From Eledone cirrhosa (lineage: Eukaryota), in assembly GCA_964016885.1 (NCBI GenBank), contig OZ024741.1, forward strand, positions 274,784,001 to 274,848,000: 64,000 nt of DNA, written 5' to 3'. Positions 1 to 14,040 of this stretch are shown in pieces. The notes under the pieces were generated by a model that had not been told where the DNA came from, made no database searches, and saw only the letters and a list, made by a program, of their open reading frames with translations. The translations under genes and the position numbers were made by a program. The first letter of the stretch is position 1; the number at the start of each line of letters is the position of its first letter.

Positions 1-134
1 CGACTACAACAGATGATCTACCAACCCTCACCCTACAATATCTCCTATTTTAAACCAGATATACACCGACATTCTCTCATTCCTTCACACCTCACATCAC
101 ACAGTTCTTCCTTTCTTCCCCACCCCCTCCTTAC

Positions 135-306
135 ACAGACACCACCACCACCACCATCAGCACCATCACCACCAGCACTAGCACCACCACCACCACCATC
201 ACCACCATCAGCACCATCACCACCAGCACTAGCACCACCACCACCACCACCACCACCACCACCACCACCACCACCACCACTACTACTACTACTACTATTA
301 CTACTA

Positions 307-364
<58 letters not shown>

Positions 365-451
365 AAACACCACCACCAACACCACTACTACTACTACTAC
401 TGCTACTGCTACTGCTACTACTACCACTACTACTACTACCACCACCACCAA

Positions 452-496
<45 letters not shown>

Positions 497-538
497 TACT
501 ACTACCACTACTACTACTACCACCAACACCAACACCAA

Positions 539-596
<58 letters not shown>

Positions 597-1876
597 GCTG
601 CTACTACTATCACTCTCCCATCATCTTATTGTCATCATCATCATCACTACCACTGTCATCATCATCATCATCACCATAAGCATCATCATCGTCATCCTTA
701 TTAACCTCTTCATCTTTATCATCACGAAATCCCCATCACCACCATCATCATCATTATCGTCATCAACATCAGCACTGTCATCATCATCACCACCATCATC
801 ATCATTATCGTCATCAACATCAGCACTGTCATCATCATCACCACCATCATCATCATTATCGTCATCAACATCAGCACTGTCATCATCATCATCATCATGC
901 CGACATCTACCACCACATCTACCACCAATACCACCATCACCATCACCATCACCATCATCACCATCTTCGTCTTAATCATTACCATAATCTTCAACATCGT
1001 CCTCATCTTTATCATCATGACGACAACCACCAGCCCCACCACCACCATCATCACCAACGTCATCACCACCACCACTACCACCACCACCACCGCCACTACC
1101 ATCACCACTACCACTACTGCCACCACCAACACCATCACCATCATCACCACCATCACCACTACCGACACTACCACCACCACTACCACCACCACTACCACCA
1201 CCACTATCGCCATCACCCCCACCACCATCACCATCATCACCACCACCACCACTACCGACACTACCACCACCACTACCAACACCAACACCGCCACCAGCAC
1301 CACCACCACTACCAACATCACAACCTCACCACTACCAACACCACCATCACCAGCACCACCAACACTATCACCGCCACCACCACCACCACCACTACCAACA
1401 CCAGCACCACCACCACTACCCCCCCCCACATACACACCACCCCCACCACCATCACCATCACCACCACCACCACCACTACCAACACTACCACCACCACCAC
1501 CACCACCACTACCAACATCACCACCACCACTACCAACATCACAACCTCACCACTACCAACACCACCACCGCCACCACCACTACCAACACCACCACTACCA
1601 ACACCACCACTACCACCACCACTACCAACACCTCCACCACCACTACCAACACCTCCACTACTACCAACATCACAACTTCACCACTACCAACACCACCACC
1701 GCCACCACCACCACTACCATCAGCACCACCAATACCACCCCCACCCCCACCCCATCATGATCATCATCACCACCACCACGGCCACCATCACCACCAATTA
1801 CCACCAACCCCACCATCACCACCACTACCACCAACCCCACCATCACAATCATCGTCATCATCACGATCATCACCAT
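135..1876. repeat. Compound trinucleotide low-complexity tract (CAC/CTA/CAT)n
   Basis: Direct reading; overlapping poly-P/L/T/V ORFs are artefacts. Confidence 0.95.
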
Positions 1877-2196
1877 AACAGCTCTCTACTAGCATTTCAA
1901 CATACTCCATGTGATAATGCTATAAATTCTGCCAGCGTCGTCGCTGTGTTGGCCATCCATCTATCTAGCAATCAATCTAAGAAAAGATAACCCAGTGATG
2001 AGCTGTATGACTATAACAACAGCTTGTACAATTCTTGCTATTTTCCTCCAATCGTACTTCTCACACAAATCTAGTTAGGCATGTCTAGATGTCATCACAT
2101 TGTAACATATTTAACAATATATCCCCCTCCTATAGAATTTATAGGCAGGCACATACGTACATTCGTATACATGCTTACAACAATTTATTCTATTTG

Positions 2197-2278
<82 letters not shown>

Positions 2279-2324
2279 AAAAATTGAACGGGAACAAAAC
2301 AGAGAGGCAGTACGAACAAAGGTT

Positions 2325-2387
<63 letters not shown>

Positions 2388-2388
2388 A

Positions 2389-2461
<73 letters not shown>

Positions 2462-2496
2462 GTATATATATATATATGTATATATATATATGTGTA

Positions 2497-2765
2497 TGTA
2501 GGAGGTGAGTTTTATTGTAGCACAATAAAGCAATGCAAATATCGGATAAGTAGCACTCAACAGTTTATAGGACTGGAATATAAATAATATAAAATCAAAA
2601 GATGGTTAAAAGAGTTCCATGTATTTTATTATGCGCATTTCAAAAATAAATATCATCATGGTAGCTGATGAGAACGCAAATATCATCCCATGATGATATT
2701 TGTTTTTGAAATGGGCATAATAAAATACATGGAACTCTTTTAACCATCTTTTGATTTTATATTAT
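2497..2765. mobile_element. Fold-back Penelope-like terminal fragment (family A) in (TA)n
   Basis: Inverted arms ~2585-2660/~2690-2765; 2497-2585 is the reverse complement of the tail at 3237-3324; CTGATGA (2665) ... GAAA tgggca TA hammerhead core. Confidence 0.7.
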
Positions 2766-2786
2766 ATATATGTATATATATATATG

Positions 2787-2820
<34 letters not shown>

Positions 2821-2900
2821 TGTATATATTTGAAGAAAAAATAGGTATATATGTGCCTATTATTACCTCTCATTTTATAATTTTATATATATATATATAT

Positions 2901-3322
2901 AATATAAGATCAAAAGATGGTTAAAGGAGTTCAATATATTTTATTATGCGCATTTCAAAAACAAACATCATCAAACAATAATATTTGTGTTTTCATCAGA
3001 TAAAACAGGAGAACATGATATGAAGGCTAAAAAAACACTTGTTGATAGTGCAGTTTTAAATCAACATATGTTGATTTAAAACTGCACTATCAACAAGTGT
3101 TTTTTTAGCCTTCATATCATGTTCTCCTGTTTTATCTGATGAAAACACAAATATTATTGTTTGATGATGTTTGTTTTTGAAATGCGCATAATAAAATATA
3201 TTGAACTCCTTTAACCATCTTTTGATCTTATATTATGCATACTCCAGTCCCACAAACTGTAGAGTGCTTCTTATCCGATATCTGCATTGCTTTATTGTAC
3301 TACAATAAAACTCACCTCCTAC

Positions 3323-3324
<2 letters not shown>
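2901..3324 (+). mobile_element. Perfect palindrome plus unique tail, Penelope-like terminal fragment (family A)
   Basis: 2901-3067 is the reverse complement of 3068-3234 (centre caacat|atgttg, no spacer); ~90-bp tail then (TA)n; contains a hammerhead. Confidence 0.8.
3129..3197 (+). ncRNA. Minimal type I hammerhead ribozyme
   Basis: gttttat CTGATGA [long stem II aaacacaaatattat/atgatgtttgttttt] GAAA tgcgca TA ataaaat; stem I pairs; palindromic stem III; AUA triplet. Mirror copy on minus strand ~2938-3006. Confidence 0.8.
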
Positions 3325-3363
<39 letters not shown>

Positions 3364-3374
3364 ACATGTATACA

Positions 3375-3749
<375 letters not shown>

Positions 3750-3751
<2 letters not shown>

Positions 3752-3882
3752 CAAAGAAAGTGTGGTAAGGAACCAGGTGGACCAAAACGCTCCAGAGTAC
3801 TCAATACTTAGGGTAATAGAGTGGGTAATAGGAAAAGTGTCGAAACGGCCGGAGCTCAGCCGTCGGGGGTCCTGCCTCTTGT

Positions 3883-3885
<3 letters not shown>
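3750..3885 (-). mobile_element. Family B Penelope-like end fragment
   Basis: Tail gtggtaaggaaccaggtggacca...gagtactcaatacttagggta shared with 36932-37137, 40548-40672, 49972-50167, 54155-54245, 58506-58700, 58763-58957. Confidence 0.65.
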
Positions 3886-3920
<35 letters not shown>

Positions 3921-3926
3921 TATATA

Positions 3927-3984
3927 AATATATTTCTTCATCGTACTGTGTAGTTTGCATTGTTATTTCTGTTTACCCCCCCCC

Positions 3985-4034
<50 letters not shown>

Positions 4035-4260
4035 TATATATATATATATGTGGGGGGGGGGGGACAGAAGTAACAAGGCAAACTACACAGTACGATGAAG
4101 AAATATATTTGTTTAACGCTTGATATAGTAGGAAAAGTGTCTTAACGATTTGGAGACTCGTCCTTCATCAGAAAATAAATTGAGAAATAAAAGATGAAAT
4201 AGAAAGATAGAGAGTGAGAAGTGGAAAAAACGAAAATCATTTTTTTTTCCAAACAAACAC
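3927..4260. mobile_element. Inverted pair of element ends around (TA)n, with degenerate minus-strand hammerhead core
   Basis: 3927-3986 inverted to 4052-4110; reverse complement of ~4140-4172 reads ctgatga aggacgagtctcc aaa tcgtt (imperfect core). Confidence 0.5.
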
Positions 4261-4310
4261 GTGTATATTCAGTCAGCCAATATAAAGAAAAAAATATAGA
4301 TAGATAGATA

Positions 4311-7300
4311 TTTCTTTATTTGCCACAAGGGCGCACAAGAAAAGGGGACAATACAAAGTCACATGCCGGGGATTTTACATACAGTCGTGTAAAAATATTG
4401 AAACAAACAATTATAACAATCGAAATTACCCATAAGGGGGAAGCGCCACAAATGGGTTGTGTAATACCCCGTCGATAGAACAACCCTCAACTTCAGGAGC
4501 GTGTTGTGCAAGTGCTCCTTTCTTCCTTTTGCTCTCTTCTCGAATCTACAGGCTTATAAACAGAGAAGGCCCAATCACTCGGGCCGTTTTCGCTTCATTC
4601 ACCCACCTTTCAGTAAATTTACTGGGGTGCAGTACCTCTCTCTCCACTCTGATTCTCCTTCTAAAGTGATACTTAAAGAAGGGAATCAATTTTTGACTGG
4701 AGAGAAAGGCATCTGTCCTCAGTCCTCTCAATCTCGTCCACCATATAACCTCTTTTCACCATAGCCACTGTACAGAGGAAAACCGCTTCTCTTTCGTTTT
4801 TGAAAGAGGTTGGCGGTTTGATCCTAACTATGGACTCGGCAGTCAACTGGATTTGTCCCATACGCGACAGCAGTTGTTCTGCATAGTTCCACAAGTCGGT
4901 TACGCCCGGGCAGTGTACAATTGCGTGCAAGACGGTTTCAATGTCCTGCTTGCATCTTGGACACGTCTTCTAGGAAGGATCCCTGCCGGGGTGTCCGTGC
5001 CTGTAGATCTTATCTCGAACGGGTAGAGCTCCTCGGTAGCACTGCCAGGCCAGGAACCACTGGAAGTTGTCCATAGGTCCCGGGCGTAAAGTCCTAATGG
5101 CACAGACTGGTGAGCTCGTCGTCTTCGACGCCTAGAGTCTCCCTGAGCACGTCGTCGCACTTGTAAAGTACTAACCCTCTATAGAATGTCGAAGTGGAGT
5201 CTCCACTAATTGTTGTGCCCGCCTGACAGAGGACTGTGAGCGCCTGGGCGCATTCAAAGTGCCATGCGCCCATCTTCTTCGGTCTTTTCTTGACCCAGGA
5301 CTGCAGCTCCGTCAGCGAGACAAGTTGTGGGAAGGCCTGTTTCACAAACGGTGCCCACACCGGTTGGTCGGTGAGGAATACCTAGAGATGCCGTAGCCTC
5401 AGCGCATGTTTGCGCATCATTAGCCACGGCATGCCCAGCCCTCCGTTGGAAGGGTGTTAACAGCAGACGGATCTCCTCACCAGTGGGGCCTGCTTCTTCC
5501 ACAGGAACTGGAAGAGCATGCGTTCCATCTGGTGAGGTATTCACGGGGACAAGGCACGACAGTCAAGCGGTAGTAGATGACGGACGCTATGAAAGTGTTC
5601 GCCAACTCCGCTCGACCTTTCAAAGACAGTTTGCACTCTGCCCACTTCTGGGTGAGCGCAAATACCTTGGGCATGACCTCGTTCCAGTTTTTCTCCACCT
5701 AGAGGTCTGGACCGAACCAGACCCCGACAAATTCCACCGGTCCTTCCGTCCAGCGTCCGATGACGCTGTCGGACGGCATCGGTTTGCCTCTCCACGTTCC
5801 GAGTTGCAAACCGACAGACTTGTCCGGGTTCAGTTTTGCTCCTGTGAACCTTTTGTATTCCTGTAGTAGGTTGCCGATTACCTCGATTTCCGAGGTTTTC
5901 GACACCATTACCGTCATGTCGTCGGCATAAGCCGACGCCGCTTTTCGCAGTCCCGGTTCTAAAGGGATGCCCTGCAAAAGCTCCAACTTCAGCAGTAGTG
6001 GCTCTCGAGTCAATGCGTACAGAAGGGAGGAGAGAGGGCATCCCTGTCGAATGGAACGCGTGATTGCGAACGGCTCCGATAGGTAGCCGTTCACCTTGAC
6101 CCTCGAGCAGATGCTGGTGTGCATCGCCTTGATCCAGCCTCTGAAAACGGGACCGAAACCGGCCGCCTTGAGAACCGCTTCCAAGTATCGATGGTCGACC
6201 CTATCGAATGCCTTAGACTGATCTAAATTGATCAGTCTAAGGCATTCTGTTTCTGTTTACACTCCACCCTATCTATGATGTATCTCATGAGCTGAAGGTT
6301 GTCGTGTATGGACCTGGTCGGGATTGCACACGTTTGCGCTTTCCCTACCAGGTTCTCGACGATAAGCGCCAGCCTCGTTGCTAACACCTTGGCCAAAATC
6401 TTTAACTCTGTGTTGAGCAGAATTACGGGCCTAAAGTTGTTTAGTTTGTCTCCCCTGTTCTTGTCTTTCCTGATCAGCGTTACTACGACCCTGCCTGCAG
6501 AACTGGGAATTCTCCCGTTCTGCTGCCAGTTGCAGTAGACGGCTTCGAGGGCGCCAGAGAACAACTCATAGGGTAGACCATTTAGACCGGGTGATTTTCG
6601 TTTCCCGCAGCGCCCCAGAGCGTCCCGTATCTCAGTGGCTGTGATCAGCCTTCCGCAGAACTCGGCGTCTATGCTCGAGAGACGCAGCAGGCCGTCGAGG
6701 TATGAACCGAAGTCCATTTCCCCGTTCGACGCACCGTCGCTCTGCTCGAACTGTTGCGCAAAGTGCCGCTGAAAGGCCGTGCACATCCGCTTGGAGTCAA
6801 GTAGCACGCGTCCGTTTTGATCTTTCAAAGACCGAATCATGGACTTATTGCCACTTTTCGCCTCTGCTGCTCGGGCCCAGCTTACAGCTTTTGCTCCCTC
6901 GTTTCTTAGAGCACGTGATTTACTTCTGACCACGCAGCTTCTTGTTTCGCATCGAAGAACTGGTCCAGTGCCGTTCTCGTTGCTAACACTCTAGCTGCGG
7001 TTCCACTCCAAAGCGCCTCCTCTACCTTGGCTATTAGTTCTGTTTCTGTTTTGTTTTTCTCTAAGGCTAGTTCTTTGCTAAAAGCTATCGACTCTTCTCT
7101 AATTGCTCTCTTGAGAGAGTACCACCATCTATTGTTGACGATGGCTCCCGTCAACTGTTGCTTAACTAATCTACTTATCCGATCACTGTAGTCTTTACGT
7201 GTCGGTAGCGACACGTTCAGCTTCCAGTATCTGGCTCCTTGTCTATGTATTCTATCATGGTTGACTATGCAGGTGACTAGTTTGTGGTCTGAATAGGCAA

Positions 7301-7345
7301 CCATGTACATTTGTGAACAGCTTAACATCTTCTTGTCTCTCTCTC
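4311..7345 (-). mobile_element. 5'-truncated L1/Tx1-clade non-LTR retrotransposon (ORF2 pseudogene)
   Basis: APE C-terminal YSDHKLV/YWKLN; RT motifs KSPGLNGLPYE, NFRPVILLNTELKILAKVLA, KAFDRVD, QGCPLS, AYADD; several frameshifts; AATAAA at 3' end; TAGATAGATAGAT on both sides (4297-4309, 7346-7358); GC-rich relative to flanks. Confidence 0.9.
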
Positions 7346-9117
7346 TAGATAGATAGATGGTGTGTTTTCGTATGTGTGTGTAACTGTGTGTGTAACTGTG
7401 TGTGTAACTGTGTGTGTAACTGTGTGTATGTATGTGCGTGTATTGGGGGTAATCTCAGAGCAAATCTATTCCGTAGAAAATAAACTTAGTCAGTTCGAAG
7501 TTGGAGATTCTTCGATTGAAATATCGATGAATGCATCTGTAAGAATTCATCAGTTCCAATCATTTATTCAAAATTGTAAAAGTCTGTTATATATTCCTGA
7601 GAAATAAAGACCAAACCTTCTGGAGCCATTAATAAAGGGACACGCGTGTTCTATAATGAACCCAGCGATTTTATTATATAATTGTTATTGTTATCCTCAT
7701 TTAAACTCCAGATCCTTTTTATAGTCCCGTAGAGAGGCATCTTTCTGAATTTCTGAATGTATATATATGTCGCGAGAATTTGGTTTTAAAGGGATTTTCA
7801 GTAAGCCCTATATAGCTCTTTTTCTTTCATTGTTATTTATAAAAGGGACATTAACTGTATAAACTAATGCTTTAGAAAGACACATGCTATCGGGAGGGGG
7901 ATGCTAGATCAGAGAGTTTCCTTTCAATTCAACCAGCGACACCTTCGACACCTTCCATTTAATTTGAGGTCTTGTGATGATAGAAGAAACTACTTTATTC
8001 TAGATGTTACGATAGATTTTCATACAAAGATAAAGACAGTTGAGTTGTAGTTTGGTTTGGTAGAATCGATAAAGTATCGGACAAAACACCTTGTAGTATT
8101 AAGTCACATCGTCTTAGGTTCAGAGTTCAAATCACAACGGTTTCGACTTCAATTTGTTTTTAGCTTCACCTTACATAGCAGACTTTTGCCGTTACAACCG
8201 ATTCGTTTAAAATCAGCCGAGTATGAATTAGCCCTTTCGATAGCAAACCATCAGAAACTGCCCCTGGTCTTATGATACAAATCTTTTTTAAAACGTATAT
8301 ATTTATCTAAAAACTATCCATCATAGAATTAAAATGTAGCTTTGCCATAGCTGTGTATATACATGTATGTGAATTTTGTATAGTTAGAGATATACGGTAT
8401 GTTTAATAAATAAACATTTTGAAAGCCAAGCTATGAATTGGGAGGCTGATGGCCAGCGCCGTCTAGTGAATTCCAGCAGAAGCAGCGGAAGATAACTGTC
8501 AATGCATTTCGAGTTGAATCTCTTCCCAGGACAGTGCTTCCCATGCTTACTATTGGAACTTGAAACAAACGAAAATTTTTATTTCAAAGACCAACTTAAT
8601 GGGAAAATTAGTTATAGTTCTAAATCCTTCTAAATATTTAATTACTTTCGAAATTATTTGAAAATCATAAACAATGTCCTTCCTTTGTAACGAAAGGGTC
8701 AACACTTTAGTAAACGTTTTGTTTGAAATAGTTTTATATTGTCCCAATGACAAGAAGAAAATAGAAAAAAAAAATAATAAAGAAAAAGGGGTAATGATGA
8801 AGGGAAAACCTCTACACCTTTGGCTAGAGGATAAATTTCTTCGCTCCACAGAAAAGATGAGCGAGGCGTTGGCCCAGAGAACGCTGCTTCAGCCATTTCA
8901 CGTCGAGTAGTTCTTTGCTCAAATATGATGCCCTCGTTCCAATTTAGCGGAGGGAAAACGACAGTTCGGGGGACGAGGATGTCTGAGGAGACAGTGTTGT
9001 TGTTGTTTTTTGTTGTTGTTACAGCTCACACCTATGCAGGTTTAGCTGGCCTCCTCCAAGGGATATATCGTTGGAGGTGTGTTGGATGATTTAAGGATAG
9101 GGATCCCAGTCATATCA

Positions 9118-9267
9118 TCTCATTTCTACAGCTGAGTAAACTGAAGCAACATGAAATAAGTGTCTTGCTCAAGGAAACAACACATCACCCGGTCCGAGAA
9201 TTGAACTCACAACCTCTCGATTGCAAGCCCACTAATCACTCTAACCACTAAGCCATGCGCCTTCACC
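9118..9267 (-). mobile_element. tRNA-derived SINE (related copy 25996-26122, + strand)
   Basis: A box tggcttagtgg, B-box-like gagttcaattc, followed by ccttgagcaagacactt core. Confidence 0.75.
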
Positions 9268-9539
9268 AGACAATGACGAGTAACAAAAGAAGACTGAACC
9301 AAGGCGTGGTATTTAGTCATCTTTCCACAGTGTAACAAGCGGCGGCGACGAACGAGGTTTATAACCGAAACGATGAGATTACCACCAGAAACGTGCCACA
9401 CGTGATGTCTCAGATTAGTGTCACACAAACCCCTCACCCATTACAACAAGAAAAGTGTGTGTGTGTAGGGGGGGGGGGGGTTATCACGTCTGAATGCGAT
9501 GCTAAAATACACCATGACCATCTTTCTCAGATTTGGGGG

Positions 9540-9646
9540 ATTTCTTCTTCTTCTTCTTCTTCTTCTTCTTCTTCTTCTTCTTCTTCTTCTTCTTCTTCTT
9601 CTTCTTCTCTTTCTTCTTCTTCTCTTTCTTCTTCTTCTTCTTCTTC
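9540..9646. repeat. (TTC)n microsatellite
   Basis: Direct reading. Confidence 0.95.
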
Positions 9647-9793
9647 TGGGAGGCGTGGGGTGGTCGCACAAAGATTGTGTATCCCGAGACCCCAAAGAGG
9701 GTCCGAAAGGGAGCAAACCGTAATATTTGGGATTTTGTCCTAATTAAATATTAGACAAATAGTGCGTGCCTTAGTGAAATTGGCGCCACGTGA

Positions 9794-10801
9794 TGGCTGT
9801 GTGGGGGCTGTGTGGTGGCTGTGTGGTGGCTGTGTGGCTGTGTGGTGGCTGTGTGGTGGTGGTGGCTGTGTGGCTGTGGTGGCTGTGTGGTGGCTGTGTG
9901 GTGGCTGTGTGGTGGTGGTGGCTGTGTGGTGGTGGTGGCTGTGTGGTGGTGGTGGCTGTGTGGTGGCTGTGTGGTGGCTGTGTGGTGGTGGTGGCTGTGT
10001 GGCTGTGGTGGCTCTGTGGTGGCTGTGTGGCTGTGTGGTGGCTGTGTGGTGGCTGTGTGGTGGCTGTGTGGTGGCTGTGTGGTGGCTGTGTGGTGGTGGT
10101 GGCTGTGTGGCTGTGTGGGGGCTGTGTGGTGGCTGTGTAATGGCTGTGTGGTGGCTGTGTGGCTGTGTGGTGGCTGTGTGGTGGTGGTGGCTGTGTGGTG
10201 GCTGTGTGGGCTGTGTGGTGGCTGTGTGGTGGCTGTGTGGTGGTGGTGGCTGTGTGGTGGCTGTGTGGTGGTGGTGGCTGTGTGGTGGCTGTGTGGTGGC
10301 TGTGTGGTGGCTGTGTGGTGGTGGTGGCTGTGTGGTGGCTGTGTGGTGGCTGTGTGGTGGCTGTGTGGTGGTGGTGGCTGTGTGGCTGTGTGGTGGCTGT
10401 GTGGTGGCTGTGTGGTGGTGGTGGCTGTGTGGTGGCTGTGTGGTGGTGGTGGCTGTGTGGTGGCTGTGTGGTGGCTGTGTGGTGGCTGTGTGGTGGTGGT
10501 GGCTGTGTGGTGGCTGTGTAGTGGCTGTGTGGTGGTGGTGGCTGTGTGGCTGTGGTGGCTCTGTGGTGGCTGTGTGGTGGTGGTGGCTGTGGGCTGTGTG
10601 GTGGCTGTGTGGTGGCTGTGTGGTGGTGGTGGCTGTGTGGCTGTGTGGTGGCTGTGTGGTGGCTGTGTGGTGGTGGTGGCTGTGTGGCTGTGTGGTAGCT
10701 GTGTGGTTGTGGTGGCTGTGTGGTGGCTCTGTGGTGGCTGTGTGGTGGTGGTGGCTGTGTGGTGGCTGTGTGGTGGCTGTGTGGTGGTGGTAGCTGTGTG
10801 G
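9794..10801. repeat. GGTGGCTGTGT-type minisatellite
   Basis: ~1 kb variable tandem of ggctgtgt plus (ggt)n. Confidence 0.95.
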
Positions 10802-10964
10802 TTCGGGCTATTTCTTTAGTTGACTCACGACTGAAACTTCTATATATTTCCAGATGAAATGAATATACCTTTTAAAACAAACACTCACATACGTATACAC
10901 ACACGCACACACACACCACACACACACACGCACACACACACACACACGTATACACACACGCACA

Positions 10965-10995
<31 letters not shown>

Positions 10996-11029
10996 TAATA
11001 TAGCAATGAGCTATGCAAAGACATATATA

Positions 11030-11079
<50 letters not shown>

Positions 11080-11688
11080 AATACTTACATGATATATGCA
11101 TAAAGGTGTGTGTACATGTGTGTACATGTTGGTGTGTACATATATGTATGTGTGTGTGTACATGTATATATGTGTGTGTGTGTGATTCACACAAGTAAAG
11201 AACTGAAGAAAAACTTTATTTAAAAGTCATCATTTTTATTGAAAGAACGTGATGGACACCACACACATCCACATACACACATATACACACATATACACAC
11301 ATAGACACACATATACACACATAGACTCACATATACACACATCCACATACACACATATACACACATAGACACACATATACACACATAGACACACATATAC
11401 ACACATCCACATACACACATATACAAACATATAAACACATAGACACACATAGACACACATATACACACATATACACACATATACACACATAGACACACAT
11501 ATACACACATCCACATACACACATATACACACATATACACACATATACACACATAATATACACACAACCACTACTATACATACACAGCCCCTATCATACG
11601 TACATACACATTCATACAACCACTATCATACATACACATATACACAACCACTATCATACATATATACACATACATACAACCATTATCG

Positions 11689-11870
11689 TGAATTGGCAGT
11701 ATCGGTAGAGGGTCGGACGCCATGCTTTGACGCATAGAGTTACGGCCCTTGCCATTCTGAGTTCAAATCCCGCCAAGGTTAACTTTGCCTTTCATCCTTA
11801 CGGGGTCGATAAAATAAGTACCAGTAATGTACTGGGTAATTGCTGGCCTTGTGCCAATAGTAGAAACAAT
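11689..11870 (+). mobile_element. tRNA-derived SINE, dominant family
   Basis: tggcagtatcgg (A box) ... gagttcaaatcc (B box) ... gcctttcatccttacggggtcgataaaataagtaccag (resembles MetaSINE-type central domain, from recall) ... gtagaaacaatt. Confidence 0.85.
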
Positions 11871-12054
11871 TATCATACAAGTATACACATAGAGACAACC
11901 ACTATCATACATACACACATTCATACATACACACTTACATACATACATTCATACACATATACATACATACACACACACATACATACATACATACATATAT
12001 ACATACATACATACATACACACATACATACACACATACACACATACATACACAC

Positions 12055-12718
12055 AAAGCTACAACAATGTGGAAGACATCCATGTACATAATATGAAAGA
12101 GTACCGGTGGAATGTTCCAGTAAAAACCCCAATAAAATGCAGGCATAACAGACCAGATATTATGATATGGGACAGGGAGAAGAAAACATGCACAGTAGTG
12201 GAAATTAGCTGCCCAGCAGATGCCAATATAATATCAAAGATTAGTGAAAAGGAGAATATTTATGCAGAGCTGATGAGAAATCTGCAGATACTCCACCCTG
12301 ATACACCTTCAGATTTATGCCTGTGATTATTGGGGCACTGGGGTATGTTAGTAACTGCCTCAATATAAATCTTGAGAAGCTAGGCTTCACAGGAACAGAA
12401 AGAACACAACTAGGTAGGAAACTACAAGTACAATCCATTAATGGAACAATAAAAATATGTAAAACATTCCAAAAATTTTGCATTTAATAACTGCATATAC
12501 ACAGGTACATATACAAAGCATATACACATGCACACATACAACTCAAAACATACACATCCACACATACAATAACATCCATATCTAACATGCATGCATACAT
12601 ACGTACATATCTACCTAGTTGATGTTGTGTAAATTCCAATGAGAGAGTCTTGTGTCTATGTTAGAAACCGACTCTCTCTCCATTGGTAAAACTTTGTGAA
12701 ATTATAAAACCAGAAGAA
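12055..12718 (+). mobile_element. 5'-truncated copy of R4/Dong-like family 1
   Basis: Near-identical to 17431-18095 (HNRPDIMIWD, EISCP endonuclease motifs plus 3' UTR), followed by (CATA)n. Confidence 0.92.
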
Positions 12719-13149
12719 CATACATACATACATACATACATACATACATACATACATACATACACACACACATACATACATACATACATACATACATACA
12801 TACATACATACATACATACATACATACATACATACATACATACATACACACACACACATACATACATACATACATACACACATACATACACACACACACA
12901 CATAAATACATACATACACACATACATACATACCCACACATTCACACATACATACATACATACATACATACATACATACATACATACATACATACATACA
13001 TACATACATACATACATACATACATAAATACATACATACATACATTCATACATACATACATACATACATTCATACATACATACATACATACATACATACA
13101 TACATGCATGCATACATATATACATACATACATTCATACATACATACAT

Positions 13150-13912
13150 ATGGTGGCTGCCAACTCGTTTTCGCGTACGGCCACTAGTTTATATCCATGT
13201 AGGAGAACCCCTACCGATGCGCTGAACGAGTGTGACTTTTTAGTCCAGCCAGTGACTTGAACACTCTGGTACAAACACTACACTTGTGACAATTATTGAC
13301 GCATAGTGCTGGGCCCATGGTACATGTGACGGCAAGTGCAGAGAGATCTCCAGATATAAAGCAATGCCTGTGCCATGAAGCTTTTATAGTGAGCAAAGGC
13401 ACTGCACAAAGCCAGCCCCACTCTCTTAACCAAGAGATGACCCCTTAGCCTTTGTCAAGGCAGAATTCTAGGAGAAGGAAAACTCTGATATAACACCTGC
13501 AACCCTGATGGTATCCAATGATGTTGACTTGTTCTTCTTTTTGGTAAATATCATCTTGGTTAAGAGAGTGGGACATACACACATACATACATACATACAT
13601 ACATACATACATACATACATACATACATACATACAAGATGATTTTTACCAAAAAGAAGAACAAGTCAACATCATTGGATACCATCAGGGTTGCAGGTGTT
13701 ATATCAGAGTTTTCCTTCTCCTAGAATTCTGCCTTGACAAAGGCTAAGGGGGTCATCTCTCCCGGTGATTTTGGATGGCCATTGACTCTTAAGAGCTCCT
13801 TTGCCCTTTGACAGGTTTTGATTTTAGTCCTGCAGGATGTCCAAAGTCACCCTCCTCACCAAGAAACCTTGGTGGGGTTGCCAGTTTAGTCGCCAACGAC
13901 CCGACCATGGGA
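13150..13912. mobile_element. Rearranged RTE-derived non-autonomous element fragments
   Basis: 13150-13433 minus 3' end (CSVCTRVFKSLAGLKSHTRSAH); 13434-13572 inverted segment; (CATA)n; 13636-13912 internal fragment. Confidence 0.8.
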
Positions 13913-14040
13913 CATACATACATACATACACACATACACACATACATACGCACATACACACATACATACATACATACATACATACATACATACATACATA
14001 CATACATACATACATACATACATACATACATACATACATA

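Noticed and set aside
13-1990. Long poly-P/L/T/H ORFs
   Set aside because: Trinucleotide-repeat translation artefacts.
9762-10819. Cys/Trp/Gly-rich ORFs
   Set aside because: Minisatellite giving the same peptide in all three frames.
13211-13300. Host C2H2 zinc-finger gene
   Set aside because: Single finger repeated in multiple dispersed copies at the 3' end of an RTE-derived repeat.
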